The translations under genes were made by a program, and so were the position numbers. A DNA stretch of 64,000 nt from positions 2,528,001 through 2,592,000 of the forward strand of contig CAXXLL010000003.1 in assembly GCA_963662545.2 (NCBI GenBank), given 5' to 3'. This document shows, one piece after another, positions 1 to 12,051 of the stretch (position 1 is its first letter; each line of letters starts with the position of its first letter). Source of the DNA: Gammaproteobacteria bacterium (lineage in GTDB: Bacteria > Pseudomonadota > Gammaproteobacteria > Ga0077536). The notes under the pieces were generated by a model that saw only the letters and a list, made by a program, of their open reading frames with translations, was not told where the DNA came from and did not search any database.

Positions 1-344
1 TCGAGTCTGACATACAAGCCTGGTTGCAACAACAAATCGACGCGACACGGAAAAATGAGCGCGTAAGTCGTCGGCCGGGCGGATCTGCCAGCCCGGTGGA
101 ATAGACCCTGGACTTACGGAAACCCACCGTACCCAGTCGAAAGACCTGGACGGGATTGAGGAATGGAAAGCATCGTTCGCCGGCATAGCGTAGCGCCCGT
201 TTTTGATGGCGAAGGCGCAAGAGGCTGGGCCGCGAGTGAGATTGCGACGCTCGACACCGTTCGCATAGCGGGCAAAACGGACGTAGAGAGTCGTGCCTTG
301 GCGGCCAAGCTCCAAGCCACCCGCAAAGCTGTGAAGCGGAGGTA

Positions 345-2858
345 GTGGTGAGCAACGCCCCCAAGGACGTTTCTGCTCCGGTCGCAAGGGACACCGGTGC
401 AACCGACGAAACCCGTAACGTCGGCAACGGTGAATTTCTGCTCGCGGTATTCGGTGCCGATCTGGCAGATGCCCGCCCGCTCGTGGTCAGCTTCGAGGGC
501 GACCCCGGCAGCGGTCCGAAGAAGCGCTGGTGCGGCCTGCCGTGGCAGAGCGAATCAGGGATATTTCCGAGCTTGCCGTCTACCGCCAACAACTATTTCA
601 GTCTCGCGACATTCAGGCCCGATGACACGGGGCGGTATCGGCGACGGAAGGCGCACTTTCATGCGCTCTACGCGGTCATGCTCGATGACGTAGGCACAAA
701 AGTGGTGATGGAACGCCTGACGCTTGGACCATCCTGGTTGTTGGAGACCTCGCCGGATAACCATCAGGCGGGGTATCTCCTGAGCGAGCCGTTAAGCAAC
801 GGAGCGGCGGCCGACCGGCTAATGAACGCAATCATTGACGCCGGATTATGTGACCCGGGTGCGAATGGTCCGCGCTCGCGATTGGCCCGGTTGCCGTGTG
901 CGGTCAACGGGAAACATACGCCGCCGTTCGTGTGTCGGATGGTCAAGTGGGTACCGGCAGTGCGCTATTCAGTCGATGAACTGGTCGATGGCCTGCAGTT
1001 GGACATGACGCCGGCCGGGCGGCCGTGTAAGCGCTCGGCGGGAGAACGCCCCTCTGAGGGCGAGCCGGTCTGGATCCCGGGCTCTAAGGACAATGCCGTG
1101 CTGGTGGCGTTGCGCGGTTCCGGACTGTATAAGTCCCCGCTCGGTGACGGCAGGCACGACATTACGTGCCCCTGGGTACGAGAACATACGGGCGAAGTGG
1201 ACGGCGGCACCGCCTATTTCGAGCCCGATGACCATTGGCCGATAGGCGGTTTCAACTGCTTTCACGGTCACTGTGCCGACCGGCATATTCGCGACCTGTT
1301 GCGCTGCTTGGAAATCGAGGTCAACGCGGCGCGCATGCAGCCCACGATCCGGGTCATAGCAGGTGAAATGCCGCGCATCGTGGACGCGGCCGAGCGTGCG
1401 CTCGCACAATCGCGAAGACACTACCAACGCGGTGGCTTGATCGTGACCGTCATCACCGATCCGGACACCCAGGAGGCCCGTGTGCATGCGCTCAGTCAAC
1501 CGGCATTGGTGCACGCACTTGCCGGTGTGGCAACCTGGGAACGTTTTGACGGCCGATCCAAAGCCTGGACGTGCATCGATCCGCCCGCCCGCCATGCCAC
1601 GACGTTGTTTGAGTTACCCGACTACCCGCACCTGCCGGTTTTGAGCGGTTTAACACGCCAGCCCTGCATGCGCCCCAACGGCACCGTGATGAAGGCGGCC
1701 GGGTATGATGCTGCCACGCGACTATTCGGGGTATTCGACGCCCGGGAGTATGCGATTCCGGAGCATCCCACGCGCGCGCAGGCCAAAGCGGCACTTGCGT
1801 TGCTCGAGAGTTTGTTGACGGAATTCTGTTTTACCCGCCCCGCAGATCAGGCGGCTGCGCTGGCAGCACTCCTCACGGCGGCGGTACGTCCGAGCCTGGC
1901 CCACGCCCCGATGTTCCATGTGCGAGCGCCTGTGGCGAGCGCTGGTAAATCCTATTTGTGCGCCTTGATCACCGCCTTCGCCACCCCTCAACCGAGCACC
2001 CCGACGACCTTTCCGGGCGATGACGAGGAATGCGGGAAACTGCTCCTTGCAGAGCTGTTGGGTGCGAAGGCGGTGATCGATTTCGACAACCTCACGAGTG
2101 ATTTGATCGCGCACAGGAGTCTGTGTACGGCATTGACATCGGCGCACATGAGCGGGCGCATCCTGGGTCTTTCCAGGACCGCCACCGTCAGCACGCGCGC
2201 CTTGTTCTTGTCGAGCGGCACTAACGTGGGGCCGGTGAAGGATATGACGCGGCGCTGCATCACGGTCCATCTCGACCCCGGCTGCGAAGTACCGGCTGAC
2301 CGGTGTTTCGAGCGGCCCGAGTTGGTGTGTGAGGTGCTGCGTGAACGCGGCCGGTTCGTCTCGGCAGCGTTGACCCTCGTGAGGGCTTGGATCGAGGCCG
2401 GGAGGCCCATGTCTAACTGCCGGCCGCTGGTGGGTTACGAGGACTGGTCCGAGCTTTGCCGGCAGCCGTTGCTATGGCTTGGCTTACCCGATCCGACCGG
2501 ATCTGTGTTCGAGGCCATGGCCGATGATCCCGATCGTGACACCCTGGACCGGCTTCTCCAGGCCTGGGAGTCGGTGTTTGGCAACACACCTGCGATGGTG
2601 CGCGAAGCAGCGGAGCGCGGATCTGCATGCCAAAATGCGACTGCGGATCTGCACGAAGTGTTGCACGATATTGCGCGCGAACGCGGTGCCATTAATCGTC
2701 GCAAGTTGGGACAGTGGATCAAACGTCACGAAGGCCAAATCGTCGATGGCCGGCGGATCGTTCGCGATGGTGCCAATCGGTCGGCGCAAGCGTGGCGGGT
2801 GGAATCGGTTGCCAACCGGTCGAGCGGGAAATGCTTCAGCAACCACCGACAACGGTAA
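345..2858 (+). CDS. Primase-helicase fusion of a phage satellite / integrative element
   Basis: 837 aa. N-terminal RepB-primase-like motifs (YAVMLDD, LLETSPDNHQAGY), a Cys/His zinc-type motif (CPW..H..CFHGHC) and a C-terminal P-loop (APVASAGKS). Confidence 0.7.
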   Translation: MVSNAPKDVSAPVARDTGATDETRNVGNGEFLLAVFGADLADARPLVVSFEGDPGSGPKKRWCGLPWQSESGIFPSLPSTANNYFSLATFRPDDTGRYRRRKAHFHALYAVMLDDVGTKVVMERLTLGPSWLLETSPDNHQAGYLLSEPLSNGAAADRLMNAIIDAGLCDPGANGPRSRLARLPCAVNGKHTPPFVCRMVKWVPAVRYSVDELVDGLQLDMTPAGRPCKRSAGERPSEGEPVWIPGSKDNAVLVALRGSGLYKSPLGDGRHDITCPWVREHTGEVDGGTAYFEPDDHWPIGGFNCFHGHCADRHIRDLLRCLEIEVNAARMQPTIRVIAGEMPRIVDAAERALAQSRRHYQRGGLIVTVITDPDTQEARVHALSQPALVHALAGVATWERFDGRSKAWTCIDPPARHATTLFELPDYPHLPVLSGLTRQPCMRPNGTVMKAAGYDAATRLFGVFDAREYAIPEHPTRAQAKAALALLESLLTEFCFTRPADQAAALAALLTAAVRPSLAHAPMFHVRAPVASAGKSYLCALITAFATPQPSTPTTFPGDDEECGKLLLAELLGAKAVIDFDNLTSDLIAHRSLCTALTSAHMSGRILGLSRTATVSTRALFLSSGTNVGPVKDMTRRCITVHLDPGCEVPADRCFERPELVCEVLRERGRFVSAALTLVRAWIEAGRPMSNCRPLVGYEDWSELCRQPLLWLGLPDPTGSVFEAMADDPDRDTLDRLLQAWESVFGNTPAMVREAAERGSACQNATADLHEVLHDIARERGAINRRKLGQWIKRHEGQIVDGRRIVRDGANRSAQAWRVESVANRSSGKCFSNHRQR

Positions 2859-4332
2859 CGCCTATACCCGCATGAGTCGCAGCGGCTGAGCTGTATGGCT
2901 GAACGAATCGATTACTGAGCGCCACCCGACGACCCCTGCCGCGCCAAGATCCACCGCAAACGACATATTTGCCAGTGGGTGCGCTTTGCCAACGCATGCG
3001 TTGTCATTTTCCTGCCAGTCGCTTTGTCAGCTATCGTGGGTTTGTTTCAGGGCTTCCCGCGCGAGGCGCCGACAGATTGACAAGTGGACCCCTACCGTTG
3101 TGCCTCTGTGCCGTTTTGAATCGGAACACCCCCCCATCGATGCAAAAATCAGGGTCCCATTAATGCGTACTCCATGGACTTCCGGGCGCCACATGGGCGG
3201 GCTCGTGTAACTATCCCCGGTTCGGGCACTCGATAGACGGTCCAGTCGAACATCAGCATATCTTCGTGCTTCTCGGCATCGGACACCTTGGGTGTGTTGA
3301 CGTCGTCGTCCAGGCTCACGCCATTGATGAAGTCCGAGCCTGCGCGGCACAGAAGCTACGTACCTGCCACAGGGAAGGACCCAACATGAGGCTGAAAGCG
3401 GTGTTCAATCAACCGGCGGCAATGAAGGTGGTGGTTTGGGTGTCACGAGGGCGCCTCGTAGCAGGTGCCGTCGGTTTCATCGGTTTTATCGGTTATGAAC
3501 GGGGCAGTCGCCGAAAGTGTCACGGCAAAAAAGCCATCAGTAACAGGCTTGCCGACCAGACCAACCAGCGGAAGGGCAAGCAGTTGAGCACAGCACCCGT
3601 GACCTCGACCCGGTGTCCATAAAACGGTTTTACCACTGGCTTGTCGGGCAACCTGAGTATCAGCGGTGATTGCAATGTGTAGATACTGACTCCTTCGATG
3701 GGTCGGAGCCGGATGTGCGCGTAGCGACGGCGAAGCGCAAGCAATTTGCCCGGCCTCGGACTGGGTGATGTACCACATCACCACAGACTCTGCGGATGGG
3801 GCTATCGAGCGCCGCGCTCGCGCTATAGCTTCGATGAGGCTGAAGCCTATTGATCTCACCTGTGGCGGTGCCAATCACGATAGGTGGGCGGCTAGGGCCC
3901 AGTACAGTTCTTGTTTGATGCCTGAGTTCAGGGAGTCAAACGACGCCCAGTCCATGTACGACCTCATCCGCACCGCGCTGGACAAGACCTGTTCCTTTTC
4001 ATCACGGAAATTTGAACACGAATGCGCGTTTGAGCACGCCTCTTGCACCCGCCTGCGGTAAAGCAACCTCACAGCGTAGCGCTGCCTGCGGGATCCGACG
4101 CACGCGCACCGCGACTTGATGGTGAAGGAAGCGTTGCGAACAGAGACACCAGGTGAATCTTAATTCCCAGGCCCGTCGGGATGCGCTTTCAAAGCCGGAC
4201 CGTCGCTGGCCGCTTCAAGGATGTTTGGTCGGCTGCAATGATTGGACATACTTATTGAGGCCTACGTGGCGGGGGTGTTGCCGTCACGCACGACCGTCAG
4301 GAAGCGGGCGGATAGGACCGCGGCAACGATCA

Positions 4333-4352
4333 AATCGGGGGCTAATCGGGGG
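4333..4352. repeat. Direct repeat AATCGGGGG x2, putative integrase arm-type sites at the element end
   Basis: Two 9-bp copies ~60 bp from the tRNA-Ser 3' end, followed by an AT-rich tract. Confidence 0.45.
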
Positions 4353-4410
4353 ACCAATAATTATTTAAATGAGTAAATGATCTATTAATCAATATGTTAA
4401 CTTTTAAGTT

Positions 4411-4501
4411 TGGCGGAGAGAGAGGGATTCGAACCCTCGATGGGCTTTTAACCCATACTCCCTTAGCAGGGGAGCGCCTTCAGCCACTCGGCCACCTCTC
4501 C
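4411..4501 (-). tRNA. tRNA-Ser(GCT)
   Basis: Reverse complement reads GGAGAGGTGGCCGAGTGG...CTGCTAA...GGTTCGAATCC...CTCCGCCA, with a long variable arm and encoded CCA. Canonical position after csrA. Confidence 0.97.
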
Positions 4502-4769
4502 ATTAGCAAAGTCTAGAATACCGGCGCAATAACAATCGGTAAAGATTTACCCTCCAAATATGCGTTGGGATAATCGGCGCCGCCAAAAAGGGATTACTCC
4601 ATACACCCATGTACTACACCCGCGCTAATGCGCGGACCCACCTTCGGCTGTTCAAACTCATTCGAGACGAATTTGTGATTAGCGATCGAAATATCGTTTG
4701 CTCGCCCCGACCCGAGCAGCGCGCTGACTCGGCGCGTCGTGCCGACGGCACTGACGCGCGTGTCGAGAC

Positions 4770-4964
4770 CTATTCAGCCTGGCTGGTAACGTCGCCGCTG
4801 TTTTCCTGTTGAATGCGTTGGTAGATTTCCTCGCGGTGTACCGCGATTTCCTTGGGTGCATCCACGCCGATACGGACCTGGTTACCCTTGATGCCGAGAA
4901 CAGTGACGTTGACGTCGTCGCCTATCATCAAGGATTCTCCAACTCGTCTGGTTAAAATCAGCAT
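4770..4964 (-). CDS. csrA: Carbon storage regulator CsrA
   Basis: [17 protein letters not shown]...VHREEIY signature, GGAG RBS. Confidence 0.98.
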   Translation of the reverse strand: MLILTRRVGESLMIGDDVNVTVLGIKGNQVRIGVDAPKEIAVHREEIYQRIQQENSGDVTSQAE

Positions 4965-5121
4965 ACCACTCCTCCATAAAGCGCAATTGGCATGCGCAGC
5001 GCTCGCAAGCTTACAAAATATGCGGTCATCTGGCTGCCGGTATTAGCACTGTCTTTCCCTGATTGGTCCATTTTACGCCCAAAAAGAAATAAATCCTGGA
5101 CCAGCATCAACTAAGCGGTAA

Positions 5122-6363
5122 TCACCGCGGGTCCGGGTCGGGCTCGCTGTCCCCTTCGAGGCCGAATTCCGAATGCAGGGTGCGGACGCCGAGTTCCGAA
5201 TATTTCTCGTCGACTACGACCGAAATCTTGATCTCCGAGGTCGATATCATGCGAATGTTGATGCCTTCGTTGGCCAGCGCGATGAACATTCGGCTGGCGA
5301 TACCGGCATGCGAACGCATGCCGACGCCGACGATTGAAATCTTCACGATTTTGTTATCGCCTTCCACCCGGCCGGCACCTATGTCACCGGTGAGCCCTTC
5401 GAGGATCTCAAGTGTTCTGTCGTGATCGTCACGATGCACGGTAAAAGTGAAGTCCGTCGTCCCGTCAACGCCCGTATTCTGAACGATCATGTCCACTTCG
5501 ATATTTGCCGCCGCGATCGGCCCCAGAATGGTGCCGGCGATCCCGGGACGATCGGGGACGCCGACGACCGTTACCTTGGCTTCGTCACGGATGAGCGTTA
5601 CGCCGGAAATAAGGGCTTGCTCCATGATGTTATCCTCTGAGGTAATCAGGGTCCCCGGCCCATCTTCAAACGACGACAGGACCCGCAAATTGACGCGGAA
5701 CTTACTGGCGAATTCGACCGAGCGTATCTGTAGAACCTTGGCGCCGAGGCTTGCCATTTCCAACATCTCTTCGTAAGTCAGACTTTCAAGTCGTCGCGCC
5801 TCGGGAACAATCCGGGGATCGGTGGTATAGACGCCGTCAACGTCTGAGTAAATCTGGCACTCATCGGCATTGAGTGCAGCCGCCATGGCAACCGCAGTAA
5901 TATCCGAGCCGCCGCGACCGAGGGTCGTGATGTGGCCGCTTTCGTCGACGCCCTGAAACCCGGCGATCACGACAACACGTCCAGCGTCGAGTTCTTCGCG
6001 CACCCGTAATTTATCGATGTCCAGAATACGTGCTTTGTTGTATGCGCTATCGGTCAGAATACGAACCTGGCCACCAGTGTAAGACACGGCATCAACGCCA
6101 CGGCTTGCGAGCGCCATGCTGAGCAGCGCTACGGAAACTTGCTCACCGGTGGAGAGAAGGACGTCTAGTTCACGTCCCCGGGGCTGCTCACAAATGCTGC
6201 GCGCCAGTTCGAGCAAGCGATCGGTTTCACCGGCCATCGCCGACAGAACGACGACGATGGCATAGCCTTCACCGTGTGCGCGGGCAACTTTATCCGCGAC
6301 CGCAGCGATCCGGTCGACGTCCGCCACGGACGTCCCGCCAAATTTTTGAATGATCGTACTCAT
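5122..6363 (-). CDS. lysC: Aspartate kinase
   Basis: QKFGGTSV, TTLGRGGSD, two ACT domains, alaS-lysC-csrA synteny. Confidence 0.96.
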   Translation of the reverse strand: MSTIIQKFGGTSVADVDRIAAVADKVARAHGEGYAIVVVLSAMAGETDRLLELARSICEQPRGRELDVLLSTGEQVSVALLSMALASRGVDAVSYTGGQVRILTDSAYNKARILDIDKLRVREELDAGRVVVIAGFQGVDESGHITTLGRGGSDITAVAMAAALNADECQIYSDVDGVYTTDPRIVPEARRLESLTYEEMLEMASLGAKVLQIRSVEFASKFRVNLRVLSSFEDGPGTLITSEDNIMEQALISGVTLIRDEAKVTVVGVPDRPGIAGTILGPIAAANIEVDMIVQNTGVDGTTDFTFTVHRDDHDRTLEILEGLTGDIGAGRVEGDNKIVKISIVGVGMRSHAGIASRMFIALANEGINIRMISTSEIKISVVVDEKYSELGVRTLHSEFGLEGDSEPDPDPR

Positions 6364-6415
6364 GGTGCCTTTCTACGCAGCACGGTCGCGCTACTGCGAC
6401 CGGAGGAGCCGGATT

Positions 6416-9034
6416 TCAGCCGACGTGCTCGGCGACCCAGCCGCCGACCGATTCGATGGCGTCGTCGAGCTTACTCGCATCTGGCCCGCCAGCCTGCGCC
6501 ATGTCGGGGCGGCCGCCGCCCTTGCCGCCGACCTGCTGCGCGACGAAGTTAATGAGTTCGCCCGCATGGACAGTGTCCGAAAAATTTTTCGTGACACCTG
6601 CGACGAGGCGCACTTTACCATTCTCTACGGCACCCAGGACAACGACCGCACGATCAAAACGGTCTTTGAGGCGATCACAGGCGGCACGTAAAGTATCCAT
6701 ATCCGCGCCGTCTATGACCTCGGCGACCACCATGGCGCCGCCGATTTCACGCGCTCGATCCGCGATGTCGCGCCCCGATTGCCCCGCCAGCTTGCCCTTG
6801 AGATCCTGAACTTCCTTTTCGAGAGCGCGTGAGCGGTCGATGAGTTGGGCGATTTTATGTTCGACGTCGTCAGATCCGCTGCGCACCACAACGGCGATAC
6901 GCTCGAGCTTGGATTCGTTATCGATCATGGTATTTACCGCTGCCATACCCGTAATGGCTTCGATGCGACGAATACCGGAGGCGACCCCTGTTTCCATGAT
7001 GATCTTAAACGCGCCTATATCACCCGTACGCGCGACGTGCGTACCGCCACACAATTCGATTGAAAAATCACCAATCTTCAGAACGCGAACATCATCGCCG
7101 TATTTTTCGCCGAACAGCGCCATGGCACCGCTGTCCAGTGCCTCTCGGTACGGCATGATCTGCGCTTTTACTTCAATATTGTTCCTGATCTCATCGTTTA
7201 CGAGCCGCTCGATATCACCCAGCTCATCGCTACTCACCGGTTTCGGGTGTGAAAAATCGAACCGTGTCCGATCAGCATCTACGAGTGAGCCCTTTTGCTC
7301 CACGTGCTCGCCCAAAATCAATCTCAATGCGGCGTGCATGAGATGGGTCGCCGAATGATTGAGGCGGGTGGCCTGGCGTCGGGGATCTTCAACCTCCGCA
7401 GTGACCGTATCACCCATATTGAGGCGTCCCCGTTTCAACTGCCCGACATGCAGAAAGAGCCCGCCCTGCGTGCGCGTATCAGCTACCTCGAATACCGCTC
7501 CCCCAGTCAATAACCGTCCACGATCGCCGACCTGCCCTCCTGATTCCGCGTAGAACGGGGTGCGATCGAGCACGACGATACCGGCACTACCCGTTTCCAG
7601 AGTGTCAACTTCGCCGCCTTCGACGAAAAGACCGATAAGCTTGCCCTCGTCGCGTGTGGCTTCATAACCTGTGAAGGCTTGTTCGTTGCCGAAGCGCGCG
7701 AGGGCTTTCGCGCTGACGGCCGACGAGATGTCGACGCCGGTAAACCGACTCGCCGCACGGGCGCGTTCGCGCTGCCTTTCCATCGCCGCATCGAACCCCG
7801 CCCGATCGATGTCCAGTTTGCGTTCGCGAGCAATGTCTGCGGTCAGATCGACGGGAAATCCGTAGGTGTCGTAGAGCTGGAATACTACATCGCCCGGGAT
7901 CGTCGCTCCATTCATGGCCGCGATTGCCGAATCGAGGATGCGCATTCCCTGATCCAGGGTTTCAGCAAAGCGTTCTTCCTCCTGTTTCAATGTCTGCGCG
8001 ATGTTTTCCTGCTTTTCACCGAGCATCGGATAGGCGTCCCCCATCTCGATAGCAAGCGTTTTGACCAGACGATGAAAGAAGGGCTCGTGGATTCCCAGCT
8101 TGTGCCCGTGGCGTAACGCGCGGCGGGCTATTCGGCGAAGAACGTATCCCCGGCCCTCATTCGACGGGATGACGCCGTCGAGAACCAGAAAAGCGCAAGC
8201 CCGAATATGGTCTGCGATGACCCTGAGTGATCCTTCTTCGACAACTTCCTGCGGCGCTTCGTCGCGGACTGCTTGAATCAGGTTTTTGAACAGGTCAATC
8301 TGGTAGTTATCATGCACGCCTTGAAGTACGGCGGCGAGCCGTTCCAGTCCCATTCCCGTGTCGACAGACGGCTGAGCAATCGATTCGAGTTCGCCACCCG
8401 GGCGTCGTTCATACTGCATGAACACGAGATTCCAGATCTCGACATACCGGTCTGCATCTGCGTCCGCGCTCCCCGGCGGCCCGCCCGTAATTTCCGGACC
8501 GTGATCGTAGAAGATCTCCGAACAAGGTCCGCAAGGTCCGGTGTCGCCCATTGTCCAGAAATTGTCCTTTTCACCGCAGCGCGAGAAACGGCCCGGATCG
8601 ACCCCGATTTCGTCGAGCCAGATCGAGGCTGCCTCGTCGTCGTCATCGAATACCGTGACCCAGAGCCGCTCCGGGGGTAACTTGAAACGCTCGGTCAACA
8701 ACTCCCAGGCAAACTGGATCGCTTCGCGCTTGAAATACTCGCCGAAGCTGAAATTACCCAGCATCTCGAAAAATGTATGGTGCCGCGCCGTGTATCCGAC
8801 GTTATCGAGATCGTTGTGCTTGCCGCCGGCACGCACACAGCGTTGACTGGTCGTCGCGCGACGGTAGCTCCTCTCCTCGAGCCCGAGGAAGACGTCTTTG
8901 AATTGCACCATGCCCGCGTTAGTGAAGAGCAGCGACGGGTCGTTTGCGGGCACCAAGGAACTGCCGTCGACGACAGCGTGTCCTTTCTCTTCGAAGTATT
9001 TAAGGAACTCGCTTCGAATGTCAGAAGTCTTCAT
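6416..9034 (-). CDS. alaS: Alanine--tRNA ligase
   Basis: [37 protein letters not shown]. Confidence 0.98.
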   Translation of the reverse strand: MKTSDIRSEFLKYFEEKGHAVVDGSSLVPANDPSLLFTNAGMVQFKDVFLGLEERSYRRATTSQRCVRAGGKHNDLDNVGYTARHHTFFEMLGNFSFGEYFKREAIQFAWELLTERFKLPPERLWVTVFDDDDEAASIWLDEIGVDPGRFSRCGEKDNFWTMGDTGPCGPCSEIFYDHGPEITGGPPGSADADADRYVEIWNLVFMQYERRPGGELESIAQPSVDTGMGLERLAAVLQGVHDNYQIDLFKNLIQAVRDEAPQEVVEEGSLRVIADHIRACAFLVLDGVIPSNEGRGYVLRRIARRALRHGHKLGIHEPFFHRLVKTLAIEMGDAYPMLGEKQENIAQTLKQEEERFAETLDQGMRILDSAIAAMNGATIPGDVVFQLYDTYGFPVDLTADIARERKLDIDRAGFDAAMERQRERARAASRFTGVDISSAVSAKALARFGNEQAFTGYEATRDEGKLIGLFVEGGEVDTLETGSAGIVVLDRTPFYAESGGQVGDRGRLLTGGAVFEVADTRTQGGLFLHVGQLKRGRLNMGDTVTAEVEDPRRQATRLNHSATHLMHAALRLILGEHVEQKGSLVDADRTRFDFSHPKPVSSDELGDIERLVNDEIRNNIEVKAQIMPYREALDSGAMALFGEKYGDDVRVLKIGDFSIELCGGTHVARTGDIGAFKIIMETGVASGIRRIEAITGMAAVNTMIDNESKLERIAVVVRSGSDDVEHKIAQLIDRSRALEKEVQDLKGKLAGQSGRDIADRAREIGGAMVVAEVIDGADMDTLRAACDRLKDRFDRAVVVLGAVENGKVRLVAGVTKNFSDTVHAGELINFVAQQVGGKGGGRPDMAQAGGPDASKLDDAIESVGGWVAEHVG

Positions 9035-9485
9035 CGTCTACGGACTCGTCCAATGCATATCTAATGTGTTCGTGATGGAAACCCCGATACTCCATGAAGC
9101 GTGCCTGCCGCACCCGCTCGTCGAAAGAGCGCGGCCTGGTCTTGAACTTCTTAGATCGCACTTCGCATGCGAGCTTCGGCCACTCGTATTCATCCGATTC
9201 GATCTGATCGGCGATCAAGGCGACGCTCACTCCCCGTTCGCGGAGTTCGTTCGCGATGCGTTTAGGGCCAAATCCGCGGTTTGCCCGATAGCGAGCGTAT
9301 GCCTCGGTAAAACGGCGATCGCTCAGTACCTCTTCCGCCTCGAGCTCGTCGAGCACGGACTCAATAATCGATTCGTCGAGTCCCTTCCGAACGAGCTTTC
9401 TTCGCAGCTCGAGGCGGCTGTGCTCGCGGCGAGCGAGTGCAGCAATAGCTAATTCGCGAGCCGCAGGCTTGTGTCCGTTTCTCAG
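9021..9485 (-). CDS. recX: Regulatory protein RecX (start uncertain, probably the CTG overlapping the recA stop)
   Basis: The frame stays open upstream of the 9356 GTG and encodes [15 protein letters not shown]. Also [12 protein letters not shown] and YRGF. Confidence 0.85.
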   Translation of the reverse strand: MRNGHKPAARELAIAALARREHSRLELRRKLVRKGLDESIIESVLDELEAEEVLSDRRFTEAYARYRANRGFGPKRIANELRERGVSVALIADQIESDEYEWPKLACEVRSKKFKTRPRSFDERVRQARFMEYRGFHHEHIRYALDESVDDEDF

Positions 9486-10528
9486 GCTTCGGCCTCCATG
9501 GAAGCTTCGTTGGAATCGGCGGTTTCGGCCACCTTCTCCTTCGGAATCGTTACAGAACGAATCTCGCTTTCGAGTTGCTGAGCAATATCGGTGTTCTCTT
9601 TGAGGAACTGGCGTACGTTGTCCTTGCCCTGGCCGAGCCGATCGCCTTTGTAGCTGTACCAGGCTCCGGTTTTCTCCATAAAATTGTGCTCGACGCCGAG
9701 CTCGATGAGTTCGCTTTCGAGAGACACGCCTTCGTTGTAAAGGATATCGAAATGCGCCTGCTTGAACGGGGGCGCGACCTTGTTTTTTACCACTTTGACA
9801 CGCGTCTCATTGCCGATCACTTCATCGCCTCGCTTGATCGATCCAATGCGCCGGATATCGAGGCGCAGCGACGCATAGAATTTCAATGCATTGCCGCCGG
9901 TCGTCGTCTCCGGATTTCCGAACATGACACCGATCTTGATGCGGATCTGGTTGATGAAGATAACCAGCGTATTTGAACGTTTGATATTCGCCGTCAACTT
10001 CCTCAATGCCTGGGACATGAGCCTGGCTTGCAGGCCAACATGGTGGTCACCCATTTCGCCTTCGATTTCGGCTTTCGGCGTAAGCGCAGCGACGGAATCG
10101 ATGACGATCACGTCGATCGCGCCAGACCTGACCAACATGTCGGTAATCTCGAGCGCCTGCTCGCCGGTGTCAGGTTGCGAGACCAGCAAATCATCGATAT
10201 CGACACCGAGGCGGTCAGCGTATTGGGGGTCGAGCGCGTGTTCAGCGTCGACGAAAGCTGCAGTACCGCCTAGCTTCTGCGCTTCGGCGACCACGTGTAG
10301 TGCAAGCGTTGTTTTACCGGACGATTCAGGACCGTAGATCTCCACGACCCGGCCGCGCGGCATACCGCCGACACCGACTGCGATATCGAGGGTCAAAGAC
10401 CCGGTCGAAATGACTTCGATGTTCGGCACCGCGCCTGCATCACCCAGGCGCATGATTGATCCGGTACCAAACTGCTTTTCGATTTGGGACAGCGCCGCTC
10501 CTAGCGCTTTTTGTTTGTTTTCGTCCAT
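9482..10528 (-). CDS. recA: Recombinase RecA
   Basis: [27 protein letters not shown]. Confidence 0.99.
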   Translation of the reverse strand: MDENKQKALGAALSQIEKQFGTGSIMRLGDAGAVPNIEVISTGSLTLDIAVGVGGMPRGRVVEIYGPESSGKTTLALHVVAEAQKLGGTAAFVDAEHALDPQYADRLGVDIDDLLVSQPDTGEQALEITDMLVRSGAIDVIVIDSVAALTPKAEIEGEMGDHHVGLQARLMSQALRKLTANIKRSNTLVIFINQIRIKIGVMFGNPETTTGGNALKFYASLRLDIRRIGSIKRGDEVIGNETRVKVVKNKVAPPFKQAHFDILYNEGVSLESELIELGVEHNFMEKTGAWYSYKGDRLGQGKDNVRQFLKENTDIAQQLESEIRSVTIPKEKVAETADSNEASMEAEA

Positions 10529-10839
10529 TACTTTTGTCCTCTTGATGGGTGGTCCTTATATTGATCCAGCGTTCACTGCCGCACTCGAAACGGTCCACGT
10601 GATGCCGGCCCTGTGTGCGACGAGCGCATTCACAAAGCGGGCACCTTCGGTGCACCCCATCGGTGTGCTCCGCATGACGGCCCGGGAATTCGGGCTTGGC
10701 GCCAATACCAGCGGCGATGGAAATCGGTACGGGGCAGCTCGACTCCGGTCCCGGAATTATTGCACAGTTACCAGGCCCTTTTAATCGGTCCGGCCAGCTC
10801 GGAAATGGCACCAGGATTTGGTCTAGTGACATCTCCCGG

Positions 10840-11355
10840 CTAGGCGCCAAGCGGCCACCGATTCAACACCTCGTAACGGGCGCCAATCGGCTCGGTGTGC
10901 GAGGCCACCAGCACGAAATCTCCCACCCGCCAGCGAACGTCGATACTGCCGGAAACCCGCGGCGCCCGCCGGACCTTGCGTGCCACGGTGACGTGCGGCC
11001 GGTAGGAGCGCTCGTCGGTCGGCAATCCAATCGAACGCAAAAACCCCGCCAGTTCTGCGGCGAGATCGGTCAATTCCTGTGAAGCAACGAGGGGCGCAAG
11101 CCATGCGACCCGCGCACCCCGCCACCAACCTGTATCGGCGATTTCGAGGTCGAACGGCATCACGGTCGACACCCCCCGGCGCATACACAGATTATCCTTG
11201 ACCGCTTCGTCTATTTCACCGAGAAAATGCAGCGTCAAATGGAAATTTTCGGGCCTTACCGCACGTCCATCCCGTATATCCAGGCACGAGGCGGCCGCGG
11301 CGAGCGCCGCACGCGTTTCGTCGTCCGGCCACAAAGCATAGAACAGGCGCGACAT
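10840..11355 (-). CDS. thpR: RNA 2',3'-cyclic phosphodiesterase (2H family)
   Basis: RLFYALWP and two HxT motifs (HLTL, HVTV). Confidence 0.9.
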   Translation of the reverse strand: MSRLFYALWPDDETRAALAAAASCLDIRDGRAVRPENFHLTLHFLGEIDEAVKDNLCMRRGVSTVMPFDLEIADTGWWRGARVAWLAPLVASQELTDLAAELAGFLRSIGLPTDERSYRPHVTVARKVRRAPRVSGSIDVRWRVGDFVLVASHTEPIGARYEVLNRWPLGA

Positions 11356-11358
11356 ACC

Positions 11359-11549
11359 AGAACCTATCTCAAAATTATCCGCATGTGCATGGTGCCCTGA
11401 AAGGGCTATGGCGAGGCCGAGTCCGCAGGGCTGAGTTCATCACTATTCAAGCGCTGCAACGAAGCAAGCGCGCGCTTATACGCAATCCGTGGCCTAAGGC
11501 CATTTTCTCGCATTTCGGTGCACATGCGGATAATTTTGAGACAGGTTCT
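11359..11549. repeat. Miniature inverted-repeat element, 31-bp arms
   Basis: AGAACCTATCTCAAAATTATCCGCATGTGCA ... TGCACATGCGGATAATTTTGAGACAGGTTCT, one mismatch. Confidence 0.8.
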
Positions 11550-12051
11550 AGCGTGCCGTAAGGTCTATTAGCCTCGAAAGTGCCAGCGCGACGGTTTTTG
11601 CGCGCACGCCCTTGCGATCGCCGTCAAACTGGTGACGCTCCGTCAGGGTTTTCATCGTGACTCCGGCAAAACCGAACCAGACGGTGCCGACGGGCTTTTC
11701 CGCCGAACCTCCTGCGGGCCCGGCGATGCCGGTGACCGACACCGCGATATCGGCACCGGCCAGACGAAGCGCCGCGTCCGCCAACGCTGCGGCCGTTTCA
11801 CTACTGACCGCACCGCAGCGTTCCAGCGTCATGGGATCGACATCGAGAAGCGTGGATTTCGCCGTGTTGGAATACGTTACCCATCCGGATTCGAACCAAT
11901 CGGAGCTGCCGGCAATCGCGGTCAAGCATTGTGCAATCCAGCCGCCGGTACACGATTCGGCCGCCGTCACCCGCCAGCCACGTTCCATCAACAGCTGACC
12001 CAGTTCCTGCGCGAGATCTTCCAGTTCGTCCTGCGACGGACGATCGCTCAT
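11548..12051 (-). CDS. pncC: Nicotinamide-nucleotide amidohydrolase (CinA C-terminal family)
   Basis: AESCTGG, GSSDWF, TGIAGP, KPVGTVWF. Confidence 0.92.
   Translation of the reverse strand: MSDRPSQDELEDLAQELGQLLMERGWRVTAAESCTGGWIAQCLTAIAGSSDWFESGWVTYSNTAKSTLLDVDPMTLERCGAVSSETAAALADAALRLAGADIAVSVTGIAGPAGGSAEKPVGTVWFGFAGVTMKTLTERHQFDGDRKGVRAKTVALALSRLIDLTAR

Noticed and set aside
10530-10840. LexA box upstream of recA
   Set aside because: No convincing CTGT-N8-ACAG match found by eye.
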